Translations under genes and position numbers: made by a program
Assembly (NCBI GenBank): GCA_900018335.1
Contig: FIZK01000004.1
Span: 1-59,205, forward strand
DNA length: 59,205 nt
Source: an uncultured Clostridia bacterium
Lineage (GTDB): Bacteria > Bacillota > Limnochordia > Darwinibacteriales > Darwinibacteriaceae
Direction of reading: 5' to 3'
Notes under the pieces: model-generated
What the model was told of the DNA's origin: nothing
Databases searched by the model: none
What the model saw: the letters and a program-made list of their open reading frames with translations, nothing else
In this document: positions 45,421 to 54,266 of the stretch, piece after piece
Layout of the letters: every line of letters starts with the position of its first letter
Numbering within the stretch: position 1 is the first letter of the stretch

Positions 45421-45831
45421 TTACATGCCGAGGTCTTCCCGCAGAGTGGGAATGAAATCCTCTGGCAATGTACTTGGAGGATACACCCGGTCAAACCCCA
45501 GCTGCTTGAACTTCGCTTCCACTTCGGACCAATCCTGGTTTCCCACAACCAGATAGCCGCCGATATACATTAGAATATCGCCAATACCGGCTTCGATCAA
45601 CGCTTCCCGCAGTCCCCTGGCATCAATTTCCGCATGACCGTATAGGGACGAGACCAAAATAGCATCTGCGTCGGTCTCCAGGGCTGCTTCCACAAACTCC
45701 TTTTGCGAAACCAGTACGCCCAAGTTGACTACGTTGAAGCCTGCCTCGGTAAGGGCGATCTCTAGAATCTTGTTGCCTACGGCATGTACATCAGCACCTA
45801 TAACGCCCAAGACTAGCGTCTTTGCCTCCAT
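45421..45831 (-). CDS. glmS: Glutamate mutase sigma subunit (B12-binding)
   Basis: 136 aa with the DxHxxG motif DVHAVGNK and a flavodoxin-like B12 domain. Confidence 0.9.
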   Translation of the reverse strand: MEAKTLVLGVIGADVHAVGNKILEIALTEAGFNVVNLGVLVSQKEFVEAALETDADAILVSSLYGHAEIDARGLREALIEAGIGDILMYIGGYLVVGNQDWSEVEAKFKQLGFDRVYPPSTLPEDFIPTLREDLGM

Positions 45832-45849
45832 CCGCCTCTCTCCCTATTA

Positions 45850-45878
45850 ACAATAACCTAATTAATTCTACATATCAA
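45850..45878 (-). promoter_or_regulatory. Possible promoter of the glutamate mutase operon
   Basis: Sits in a 55-nt AT-rich gap. Minus strand has TTGATA (45878..45873), a 17-nt spacer, then TATTGT (45855..45850). Confidence 0.3.
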
Positions 45879-45886
45879 ATCCTTCT

Positions 45887-47200
45887 CTATGCGCACAAAA
45901 AAACCTCCCGCGAACACGCTGGTTTCGCGGGAATTTGTTCGTTGATCCCCAATCCTGCCTCATATACCATCCATTCAGCAAAACTGGCATATCCCTTTGT
46001 TGGATTATTCACAAAGACATGGGTGATGACCCCCACGAGCATACCGTTTTGGACAATGGGGCTGCCGGACATCCCTTGGATGATCCCTCCCGTCTCCCGC
46101 AGGAGCCTTTCGTCCGTGACTTCCACCACCATCCCCTTTTCCCCTGGCTTGGTCTGGTTGATCACCTTAACGATCTCCACCTTGAACGCCTCGATAGTTG
46201 TGCCCTGCACCACCGTGTACATCTCAGCCGGGCCTGCCCGCACTTGATGGGCAAAAGCCACCGGGACGGGACGGTCAAAGGAGCTGCGCGCCAGAGAACC
46301 CACCAACTTCCCATAGATCCCCAGATTGCTGTTGGAATCAATGATGCCCAAAACATCCTGTTCTCCGTGGAAAAAGCCCACCTTCTCCCCGGGCGTGCCC
46401 CTGCTCCCATAGCGGATGGAATCAATGGATGCCTCCACAATGGTTCCCTGGCTGATCTGCACCGGCCGCCCCAGGCTGTCGGTGATGGTGTGGCCCAAAG
46501 CCCCGAAGCGCCCGGTCTCTGGATGAAAAAAGCTGAGGGTCCCCACGCCCGCCGCGGGATCCTCCAGCAGTACTCCCAGGAGATATTGGTAAGAACTCTG
46601 CCCGAAGATATTGGTCTGCCAGGTTCTGGCAGGCTCAACAGAAATGGTTAGGACACGGTCGCCGCGTTTGACTTCAAGGTTCAAGACCCGCTTTTCTGGG
46701 GCTAAAGCGTTGATGAGCTGGCTCACCAGTTCGGGCCTTCTGGTTGGATGCCCCTCAATGGAAAGGAGGATGTCGCCGGGCCTAAGCCCTGCTTCCCGGG
46801 CGGGAGAACGCTCCTTCCCATCAAGATCCACCACCGCCCCTAGTTCACTAATGACCAATCCTTCAGAGTTGAGCAGAACTCCAATGGATTGGCCACCGGG
46901 AAAAACCTCCACTAAGGGAACTACATCCACCACCAGCTGAGTAAGGGGAAGCCAGCCAAACAGACTCACCCGGTAAACTCTGCTGCCTAGACTCTCCGTG
47001 TCAAAAAAGCCGGTTACTTCCACGCCATCCGCATCTTTGATGCGCAGCGGTGGTTCCAGATCCAGAGATAGTTCCATCCCGGGAAAAACCTTGAGCTCGC
47101 GCGGTATACCCACGGCGGAAACCCAGTAAGGAATGGTAGCGAGCACCACTACGCAGGCCAAGCATAAGGTCAAAACAACTCTGAGTAAGACTCTTCTCAC
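45887..47200 (-). CDS. spoIVB: SpoIVB signalling peptidase (S55) with PDZ domain
   Basis: 437 aa with PDZ (LRPGDILLSIEG), catalytic regions GALGHTITD and GMSGSPIV, and a GTG start. Confidence 0.88.
   Translation of the reverse strand: MRRVLLRVVLTLCLACVVVLATIPYWVSAVGIPRELKVFPGMELSLDLEPPLRIKDADGVEVTGFFDTESLGSRVYRVSLFGWLPLTQLVVDVVPLVEVFPGGQSIGVLLNSEGLVISELGAVVDLDGKERSPAREAGLRPGDILLSIEGHPTRRPELVSQLINALAPEKRVLNLEVKRGDRVLTISVEPARTWQTNIFGQSSYQYLLGVLLEDPAAGVGTLSFFHPETGRFGALGHTITDSLGRPVQISQGTIVEASIDSIRYGSRGTPGEKVGFFHGEQDVLGIIDSNSNLGIYGKLVGSLARSSFDRPVPVAFAHQVRAGPAEMYTVVQGTTIEAFKVEIVKVINQTKPGEKGMVVEVTDERLLRETGGIIQGMSGSPIVQNGMLVGVITHVFVNNPTKGYASFAEWMVYEAGLGINEQIPAKPACSREVFLCA
45894..45931 (-). terminator. 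Intrinsic terminator embedded in the last codons of spoIVB
   Basis: Minus strand reads CCCGCGAA-N9-TTCGCGGG, then AGG and TTTTTTTGTG. The U-tract encodes VFLCA just before the stop. Confidence 0.6.
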
Positions 47201-47271
47201 AAAGCCACCTACCCCCCGCTTTCCGTTTATGGGTGTAGGTTGCCCTGCGCAAGATGGTGATATTGAAGGAA

Positions 47272-48963
47272 CTAGCTGCCAAGCCCCGCCTCGGTTCTGC
47301 GCAGCAGCTCCCTGGCATGCTCACTGGTAACCAGCTCCTCGGCACTGCCCCCCAGCATGCGGGTGAGCTCCAGAACCCGCTCCTCTGGCCCCAACAGCTT
47401 CGCTTTCACCATAGTGCGGTTTTCACGCGCCAGCTTCTGGACTGAGTAATGGTGGGTACCAAAACTGGCCACCACAGGCAGATGAGTGACGCACAAAACC
47501 TGGCGCATTTCACCCAAGGTTCGCAGTTTCTCGCCGAGCTTGACCGCGGTACGCCCCCCTATTCCCGCATCCACTTCATCAAAAACGATGGTGGGGATCT
47601 GCTCCGCCTTGGCCAAAATGGCTTTCAGAGCCAGTAAAACCCTGGACAACTCGCCGCCCGAGGCAATCCTGGCCAGGGGCTTTAACTCCTCGCCCAGATT
47701 CGCGGCCATCATGAATTCAACCCTTTCCCGACCCCCTAAAGCCGGCTGCTGCCCCTCCTCGGCCACGAACTGCACCTGAAACCTGGTATCCCCCATGGCG
47801 AGATCGGCAAGTTCCACTTGAATCTGCTGCTCAAGCTGCTGGGCCAGGGCGCGACGGCCGTGACTGAGCTTTTCGGCCAAGCTCAGCCACTCCTGCTCCA
47901 ACCTGTTGCACTCTGCTTCCAGACCTTCCGCCCGCACACCGGCATTCTCCAATGCAGCCAGTTCTTCCTGGGCCTGCTGTCCGTACGCCAAAATCTCTTC
48001 CACTGAGTCTCCGTATTTCCGCTGCAATCTATCGATGAGGTCCAGACGCTCCTCCACTGCGTTGAGCCTGCCCGGGTCAGCGGGAAGGGCCTCCAGATAG
48101 TGCCGCAGGTCACGGTACAACTCCTGCAGGTTAATGAGCACTTCCACATAGCGCTGGGTCAGGGGTTCCAGGGGTGGATCCAGGGCAGAAGCCCGTTCCA
48201 GTTCGGTTTCGATGGAGGAGAGCATGTCCAGAAGGGGCTGTCCATCTGCCTGGTTTTCGCCCAGCATGCCCACTGCGTACTGCAGAGCCTGACGAATGCG
48301 GTCCAGGTTGGCCAGGCGCGAGCGCTCCTGTTCCAGCTCCTCATCTTCGCCTGGCTGGAGATGGGCGCCCGTAATCTCTTCGATCTGGTAGGCCAGCAAA
48401 TCCATGCGGCGGTGCCTTTCCCGCTCGTCGCTTTGCAGCCGTTTCTGCTCAGCGCGCAGAGCCAACCAGGAGCTGGCCAGCTTGTCTGCTTCCTCCAAGA
48501 TACTCAAATGGCTTGTCCCGCCGTAGCTGTCTAGGAGCTCCACGTGGTTTTCGGGCCGCAGCAGTCTTTGGCTGTCGTGCTGCCCCACAATATCCACCAG
48601 ATGCGCACCTAGCAAGGACAGCTGATTGACAGTGGCTAAGTGGCCGTTGATCCAGCATTTACTGCGGCCGCCCATGCTGATCTCCCGTGAGATGATCAGC
48701 TCCTCTCCCTCCTGCATGCCCCACTCCTCCAAGAGCGCAAGTGCGCCTGCATTGGGCAAGAAGCTCCCGGACAGCATGGCGCGCTGAGCTCCAGTGCGAA
48801 CCACCTCGCTGGACGCCCTGGCACCAGTGAGCAAGCTGAGAGCATCGATGATGATGGACTTTCCCGCCCCCGTTTCGCCGCTGAGCACACTGAAGCCAGA
48901 ATAGAAAGATAATTCTAGGTCCTCGATTAAAGCGAAGTCTCGAATCTGCAGCTCCTTGAGCAT
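47272..48963 (-). CDS. recN: DNA repair protein RecN
   Basis: Contains MLKELQIRDFALIE and Walker A GETGAGKSII, followed by a coiled coil and a C-terminal SMC signature. ATG at 48963. Confidence 0.92.
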   Translation of the reverse strand: MLKELQIRDFALIEDLELSFYSGFSVLSGETGAGKSIIIDALSLLTGARASSEVVRTGAQRAMLSGSFLPNAGALALLEEWGMQEGEELIISREISMGGRSKCWINGHLATVNQLSLLGAHLVDIVGQHDSQRLLRPENHVELLDSYGGTSHLSILEEADKLASSWLALRAEQKRLQSDERERHRRMDLLAYQIEEITGAHLQPGEDEELEQERSRLANLDRIRQALQYAVGMLGENQADGQPLLDMLSSIETELERASALDPPLEPLTQRYVEVLINLQELYRDLRHYLEALPADPGRLNAVEERLDLIDRLQRKYGDSVEEILAYGQQAQEELAALENAGVRAEGLEAECNRLEQEWLSLAEKLSHGRRALAQQLEQQIQVELADLAMGDTRFQVQFVAEEGQQPALGGRERVEFMMAANLGEELKPLARIASGGELSRVLLALKAILAKAEQIPTIVFDEVDAGIGGRTAVKLGEKLRTLGEMRQVLCVTHLPVVASFGTHHYSVQKLARENRTMVKAKLLGPEERVLELTRMLGGSAEELVTSEHARELLRRTEAGLGS

Positions 48964-48967
48964 GCAC

Positions 48968-49444
48968 TCACCTCTCCATGAGCTCTTGAATCCGAGTGAA
49001 CAGCACTCCGGCAGGACCTTGAGGTGTGCTGGGTGCCTCTGGATCATGGGTCAGAACCAGGATGCTGTCATCACCGGCAATGCTGCCCAGCATCTCGGGC
49101 CATTCCAGTTCATCAATGATGGCAGCCACCGCATGGGCCCCTCCGGGATAGGTCTTGATCATGATTAACGGTCCGCTAAAATGCACACTGCGTACATAGT
49201 CCCTAAAGATACGCCTGGCGCGCCGCAACAGATCGCCCATGCTCACCGTGGTGGGCAGCGAGTACTTGTACCCCCCTTGGCCGTTAGGAACCTTGACTAA
49301 ACGCAGTTCTTTGATGTCCCTCGATATGGTGGCCTGGGTCACTCGGAACCCGTGGGCATGCAAAAGCTCCATGAGGGCCTCTTGCGTCTCCACGTTGTTT
49401 TCCCGGACCAGCTCCAACAGCTTAGCCTGTCGCTTATGCTTCAC
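48968..49444 (-). CDS. argR: Arginine repressor ArgR/AhrC
   Basis: Winged-helix motif QATISRDIKEL and C-terminal GTIAGDD-like SIAGDDS. GTG at 49444 follows GGAGGTG. Confidence 0.88.
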   Translation of the reverse strand: MKHKRQAKLLELVRENNVETQEALMELLHAHGFRVTQATISRDIKELRLVKVPNGQGGYKYSLPTTVSMGDLLRRARRIFRDYVRSVHFSGPLIMIKTYPGGAHAVAAIIDELEWPEMLGSIAGDDSILVLTHDPEAPSTPQGPAGVLFTRIQELMER

Positions 49445-50279
49445 GGCTCCCACCTCCCATCTGAGGCATTCGCAATCTAGAATGGAGGACTTGGAAAAAC
49501 CCTCGATCTCCCAATCGCACGAACAAAGCCCGCTGCTCAGCCCGCTCAATGGTCACTTGATCGCCGGTCATTAAGGGGAAACCATCTTGGCCGTCGATGG
49601 TGAGCATCACTGACTCACTGGCGCGGTTCAAACGCACCTGGACCTGCACTTCCGGCCTGGTCACCACCGATCGGCCAGCCAAGGAATGCGGACAGATGGG
49701 AGTAATGCAGATGGCATCCAGCAGAGGTTCCACAATCGGGCCGCCGGCCGCGAGGGAATAGGCTGTGGATCCTGTGGGGGTAGCAATAATCACTCCGTCG
49801 CCAACATAGTCCGTAACGTGCTGACCGTCGGCGAAGATGCTGAACTCAATAATCCGGGCAAAAGTGCCCCTAGTGATCACAAAATCGTTTAAAGCTAGAT
49901 GCCGGGCGATTTCCCTGCCTTCACGCTGCACGGCTGCGGAAATGAGCATCCTTTCCTCCAGGGAGTAATCCCCTGCCAGCAACCTGTCCAAGGCAGGCAT
50001 AAGCCCGTCCGTCTCCACTTCGGTCAAGAACCCCAGGTGGCCAACGTTCACTCCAAACACCGGCACCTGCCAGCGGCTGGCCAGCCGGGCCGTGTTGAGC
50101 AAGGTCCCATCACCGCCAAGGACGATGGCCAGATCCAGCTGGGCCAGGTTATCTCCCTCCGGAGATAAGACCAGCTGGGGCTCCACCCCACGCTCGTTCA
50201 GGGCAGCCGTTAGCTCTCTGCTTAAGGCCATGGCTGCAGGCTTTCCTGTGTGGGCCACGATCCCGATTCTCATCAGCAT
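49434..50279 (-). CDS. nadK: NAD kinase
   Basis: 281 aa with GGDGTLL and NxGxLGFL motifs. An alternative ATG is at 50273. Confidence 0.9.
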   Translation of the reverse strand: MLMRIGIVAHTGKPAAMALSRELTAALNERGVEPQLVLSPEGDNLAQLDLAIVLGGDGTLLNTARLASRWQVPVFGVNVGHLGFLTEVETDGLMPALDRLLAGDYSLEERMLISAAVQREGREIARHLALNDFVITRGTFARIIEFSIFADGQHVTDYVGDGVIIATPTGSTAYSLAAGGPIVEPLLDAICITPICPHSLAGRSVVTRPEVQVQVRLNRASESVMLTIDGQDGFPLMTGDQVTIERAEQRALFVRLGDRGFFQVLHSRLRMPQMGGGSREA

Positions 50280-51082
50280 TCATCCTTTCCCTGGCTGGAG
50301 GTCCACCCTTCCCGAATGACCGCGCAAACCTGTTCAAAGGCATCCTGCGGCTCTGCCCCCATGCGGAAATGGCCCAGGAACTCCAAGTTCCCTTTCCCAC
50401 CGCTGATGGGAGATACGTCAAAGCCCACTAAACCCAAGTCCTGGCCCTGCAGCTCATTGACCAAGGGAGGGAGATAGGTGAGGTGAACAGCGCAGTCACG
50501 GATCACTCCGTGCTTGCTGAGCCCAACACCACCCGTCTCAAACTGCGGTTTGATCAAGGCGATGACATCTCCTCCCGGCTTCAAAAGCGCCCGCACTTGG
50601 GGGAAGACCTTAGTCAGCGAGATAAAGGAAACGTCTATGGTGGCCAGATCTGCGAGGGAGGGCAGCTGCTCTGGGGTTAAGCGCCGGATGTCAGTTTTCT
50701 CCAGGACAAGCACACGGGGATCACTACGCAGTTCAGGCACCAGCTGATCCCGCCCCACATCGACGGCATAAACTTGCCTGGCCCCGGCCTGAAGCAGGCA
50801 GCTTGTAAAGCCTCCAGTGGACGCCCCCACATCTAGGGCAGTTTTTCCCTTAACCTGGACGTCAAAGACCTGAAGGGCCTTTTCCAGTTTCAATCCTGCC
50901 CGGCTGGGATAGCCTAAGGGCTCACCCAGGATTTCCACTCTGGCGTCCGCGGCGACTCTGGCACCGGGCTTGATAACCTTGGCCCCGTGGACCAAAACTT
51001 GACCGCTGGTGATCAGTTCTTTGGCGCGCTGGCGCGAAGGCGCCAGTTCACGGGTGACAAGGAGTTGATCCAACCTAAGCAC
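50273..51082 (-). CDS. tlyA: TlyA family rRNA 2'-O-methyltransferase
   Basis: 269 aa with an N-terminal S4 domain (RLDQLLV) and an FtsJ-like SAM motif, LDVGASTGGFT. Confidence 0.88.
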   Translation of the reverse strand: MLRLDQLLVTRELAPSRQRAKELITSGQVLVHGAKVIKPGARVAADARVEILGEPLGYPSRAGLKLEKALQVFDVQVKGKTALDVGASTGGFTSCLLQAGARQVYAVDVGRDQLVPELRSDPRVLVLEKTDIRRLTPEQLPSLADLATIDVSFISLTKVFPQVRALLKPGGDVIALIKPQFETGGVGLSKHGVIRDCAVHLTYLPPLVNELQGQDLGLVGFDVSPISGGKGNLEFLGHFRMGAEPQDAFEQVCAVIREGWTSSQGKDEC

Positions 51083-52974
51083 TATGAATCCCTACTCACT
51101 ACAACCTGCAGTTTGTGCCCAGCGGCTTTGCGCAACGTCTCCGCAACTTGGCGAGCGGTCAAACCATACTCTTCGTGGATGCGCGCGATCGAGCCATGGG
51201 GAATAAAGCAATCGGGGTAGCCAATGCGCTCCACTTTGAACCGGGGCTCCCCGCCAACAACCTCCTGAAGCATTTCGAGAATGCTGCTGCCAAACCCTCC
51301 AGCCAGCACGTGATCTTCCACGGTGGCCACATACTTCTTCCCGCGAACCGCGCCTTGGATGCTGGCCGCATCCAAGGGTTTCAAGGTGCGCACGTTGATC
51401 ACGGAGAAGCTCAGCTCAGGCTCGAGACTGCGCGCCGCTTCTAAGGCCACGTCCACCATGGGCCCAAAAGCGAACACCACGCCATCCCGCCCCGACTTTA
51501 CCTCCTCCGGGGGAATGGGCTGGGCCGGCTGAAAGGCCGCGCGGGGCGCGATACTCCCAGCACACGCCCTGGCGTAGCGAATGGCCACCGGTCCAGGCTG
51601 CTGCAGAGCCCAGGCAAGCATGGCAGCAAGTTCGCTGCCATCACGGGGAGCCAGGATGGTCAAGCCCGGTATGGGGCGCAGAAAAGCCATATCGAAAATC
51701 CCCTGGTGTGTTGCGCCATCGTCGCCCACGACGCCTGCTCGATCCACCGCGAACACCACGGGCAAACCCTGGAGGGCCACATCATGGATGAGTTGGTCGT
51801 AGCCTCTCTGCAGGAAAGTCGAGTAAATGGCTACCACGGGGCGGAGGCCCTCTTTGGCCATACCGGCAGCCAGGGTGACGGCGTGCTGTTCGGCGATCCC
51901 CACGTCGAAAAACCGTTCTGGAAATGCCTTTGCAAAGGGCCCGAGGCCTGTGCCGTCCCGCATGGCGGCTGTGATAGCCACAATTCTGGAGTTCCTCTCC
52001 GCCAGTTTCACCAGGGACTCGCCGAACACCTGGCTGAAGGAAGGCCCATTTTTCTCAGCCGATCCTCTGCTGGGGCCAACACCGTGATAGCGATGGGGAC
52101 TCTCCTCAGCCAGGGCGTGCCCCCTTCCCTTTTGGGTGTACACATGGATAAGTACGGGACCGCGGCGCTGAATCCCGGCCCTGATGGCCCTCTGCAGTTC
52201 CGCAATATTGTGTCCATCAAAGGGGCCCAAATAGGCGAATCCTAGCTCTTCAAAGAACTGGCCCGGCAGCATATGCTTGAGGGTGATTTTCACTTTGTGG
52301 GCAAGCTTTGCCAGCGGCGGACCCACCAGGGGTATCCCGCGCAAAATCGCCGCAAGGCCTTCTCTAGCCTGGTAGAGGAAACTGTGGGAGCGAATCCGGC
52401 CTAAGTAATCGCTGAGCGCACCCACATTGTTGGTGATGGACATCTCGTTGTCGTTGAGTATGACAATGATGTCCTTGCCCAGGGAACCTATGTGGTTCAA
52501 TCCTTCGAAAGCCATGCCTCCTGTTAGGGCCCCATCGCCGATCACGGCCACCACGTTGAAATCCTCGCCCTGCAGGTCCCTGGCGATAACCATTCCGGCA
52601 GCCGCGGAAACGGAGGTAGAACTGTGTCCTACCCCAAAGTGATCATGCTCGCTTTCTGCGGGGAGCGGAAATCCAGACAGCCCTCCCCACTGCCTTAAAG
52701 TGTGGAACCGGTCCTGACGACCGGTAATCAGTTTATGGGTATAGCATTGATGCCCCACGTCCCAGATGATCTTGTCCCTTGGCGTGGACAGTACCGAGTG
52801 GAGGGCTAGAGTCAGCTCCACAACCCCCAGATTGGCACCTAAATGACCACCGTTTTCTTCCACGGTGGACACAATGCGGTGCCGAATCTCGCTGGCCAGC
52901 AATTCCAAACTGGGCAGATCCAGCTTCTTGATGTCTTCGGGGGATTTGATTCGCGCCAGCAGCTCTTCACTCAT
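51082..52974 (-). CDS. dxs: 1-deoxy-D-xylulose-5-phosphate synthase
   Basis: 630 aa with the thiamine diphosphate motif GDGALTGGMAFE and a transketolase-like layout. Confidence 0.95.
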   Translation of the reverse strand: MSEELLARIKSPEDIKKLDLPSLELLASEIRHRIVSTVEENGGHLGANLGVVELTLALHSVLSTPRDKIIWDVGHQCYTHKLITGRQDRFHTLRQWGGLSGFPLPAESEHDHFGVGHSSTSVSAAAGMVIARDLQGEDFNVVAVIGDGALTGGMAFEGLNHIGSLGKDIIVILNDNEMSITNNVGALSDYLGRIRSHSFLYQAREGLAAILRGIPLVGPPLAKLAHKVKITLKHMLPGQFFEELGFAYLGPFDGHNIAELQRAIRAGIQRRGPVLIHVYTQKGRGHALAEESPHRYHGVGPSRGSAEKNGPSFSQVFGESLVKLAERNSRIVAITAAMRDGTGLGPFAKAFPERFFDVGIAEQHAVTLAAGMAKEGLRPVVAIYSTFLQRGYDQLIHDVALQGLPVVFAVDRAGVVGDDGATHQGIFDMAFLRPIPGLTILAPRDGSELAAMLAWALQQPGPVAIRYARACAGSIAPRAAFQPAQPIPPEEVKSGRDGVVFAFGPMVDVALEAARSLEPELSFSVINVRTLKPLDAASIQGAVRGKKYVATVEDHVLAGGFGSSILEMLQEVVGGEPRFKVERIGYPDCFIPHGSIARIHEEYGLTARQVAETLRKAAGHKLQVVVSRDS

Positions 52975-52979
52975 AATTC

Positions 52980-53546
52980 CTACCTCTTCTTATCCTTCAC
53001 GAACAGGGAGCGAAACTTCATCCTAATCTGCTCCAGGGAATACAAAATCTTGCCCGTCACCAAAAGGATGGTGGTGGACTTGGTGATGGCAAAGCTTTTG
53101 CCCAGCGCCTTGCCCCCAACGGTAACCGCGGCGATCAAAGCTACCATCAGTGTGTTGGCCAGGGTTTCTCCCAGTCTTGGAGATGGACCCCGCAGCGCCA
53201 GTAGCAAGGCCACACCCAAAGCGCCACTGAGCGTGCCAACCACGTCACCAACTAGGTCATTGCAGAAAGTGGAAACGCCGTCAGCATGGCGCACCAGCCA
53301 GATGGCATGTTTGGCGCCTGGTACGCGGTTTGAGGCCATGGCATGGAAGGGAGCTTCCTCGCCGGCGGTGGCGGCGACACCTAGAATATCGAACAATACA
53401 CCGATAAGAATAATAAAAAGTAGTAACACCAGGCTCGCCGTGACCGGCATGAACGCTAGAACGCTGTTACTACCCAGACTAAGCACTGTGGACACGACAA
53501 AAGTCGTTACAGTAAGAGTAAATACCGCCCTCCACCGGCTTTGCAT
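52980..53546 (-). CDS. oapA: OLE-associated membrane protein OapA-like (4 TM)
   Basis: 188 aa polytopic protein with NDLVGDVVG (DxxxD). It lies directly downstream of the structured RNA and upstream of dxs. Confidence 0.7.
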   Translation of the reverse strand: MQSRWRAVFTLTVTTFVVSTVLSLGSNSVLAFMPVTASLVLLLFIILIGVLFDILGVAATAGEEAPFHAMASNRVPGAKHAIWLVRHADGVSTFCNDLVGDVVGTLSGALGVALLLALRGPSPRLGETLANTLMVALIAAVTVGGKALGKSFAITKSTTILLVTGKILYSLEQIRMKFRSLFVKDKKR

Positions 53547-53577
53547 TATTAACCGCTGCCTCTTTCTTATGTATACT

Positions 53578-54213
53578 GAGGTGAATGGCAGTGAACTGAG
53601 TAAAGATTGTGGCTTAGGTCCAGCAGGTTTTCCCAGAGATCCTCCAGCCCGTCACCGCGGCTGGCGGTTTCCCCTTTCCGATCTCTTCGCTTGTCACCAA
53701 AGCGAGGCTGGATTACCACTTAGACCACACCGTAATCCCCAGCTCACCATCTCCATGAGAAACAGTCTAGGAGTTTTCCTCGACGCTTGCCCTATTTTCT
53801 AGTCTCTTTTGCAGCGACGGTTTCAAGCGCTTTCCGCATATGCGGAGGGTCAAGCTCCCTGGCCAGGGGCACTCTTCCCATAAGCTCTATCCCCCAATCA
53901 CCACTCAAGACAGGCTACGCTGCACCCAACACTGATGTACAAACAAGCTGCGAATGCGTATCGCGTGCAGGTTCAATCCCAAGCCGTAGGGACACGTTTT
54001 CCGTGGCCCCACGAGAATGGGTCTCCGTGGAGGGAGGGTCAACGCCTGCATGCCCTTGCAGATCGCCCTTCCTCCTTAACCCCCAGCAGCGACCCCCAAC
54101 GGGGCGTCAGAAGCCGCCACCAAGGACTTCATCGATGTGCCAGCAACGGATTTTTAGGCCCGTGTTCAAAAATAGGGTTGGCGACTAGAATACTGCGCCA
54201 TTCACCTCCAGCT
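53578..54213 (-). ncRNA. Large structured non-coding RNA, best fit OLE (ornate, large, extremophilic) RNA
   Basis: The 720-nt gap has no credible ORF. A terminal helix pairs GAGGTGAATGGC(G)CAGT (54208..54192) with ACTGCCATTCACCTC (53592..53578). Many GC-rich hairpins lie inside. The ispA-RNA-oapA-dxs context fits OLE. Confidence 0.75.
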
Positions 54214-54220
54214 TGATTTC

Positions 54221-54250
54221 ATTATAGCATACACTTTCCTCGATGAGCAA
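54221..54250 (-). promoter_or_regulatory. Extended -10 promoter for the OLE-like RNA / oapA
   Basis: Minus strand has TTGCTC (54250..54245), an 18-nt spacer ending in TGC, then TATAAT (54226..54221). Confidence 0.6.
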
Positions 54251-54266
54251 GTGCCCGGTCTAGCGG

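Noticed and set aside
53771-53781. Minus-strand GAGGAAAACTCC, which resembles the RNase P RNA P4 motif GAGGAAAGTCCGGGC.
   Set aside because: The match breaks after GAGGAAA. The other universally conserved RNase P segments were not found, and the context fits OLE instead.
53970-53979. A tRNA T-loop-like GGTTCAATCC on the plus strand, which could suggest a tRNA or tmRNA.
   Set aside because: The flanking bases (GCAGG / CCAAG) cannot form the T-stem. No acceptor or anticodon arms could be drawn, and the element lies inside the OLE-like RNA.
53787-54216. Plus-strand ORFs of 133 aa and 93 aa inside the 720-nt ispA-oapA gap.
   Set aside because: They have no RBS, a Pro/Arg/Ser-rich composition, and lie on the strand opposite to every neighbouring gene. 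The region is better explained by a structured minus-strand RNA with its own promoter and closing helix.
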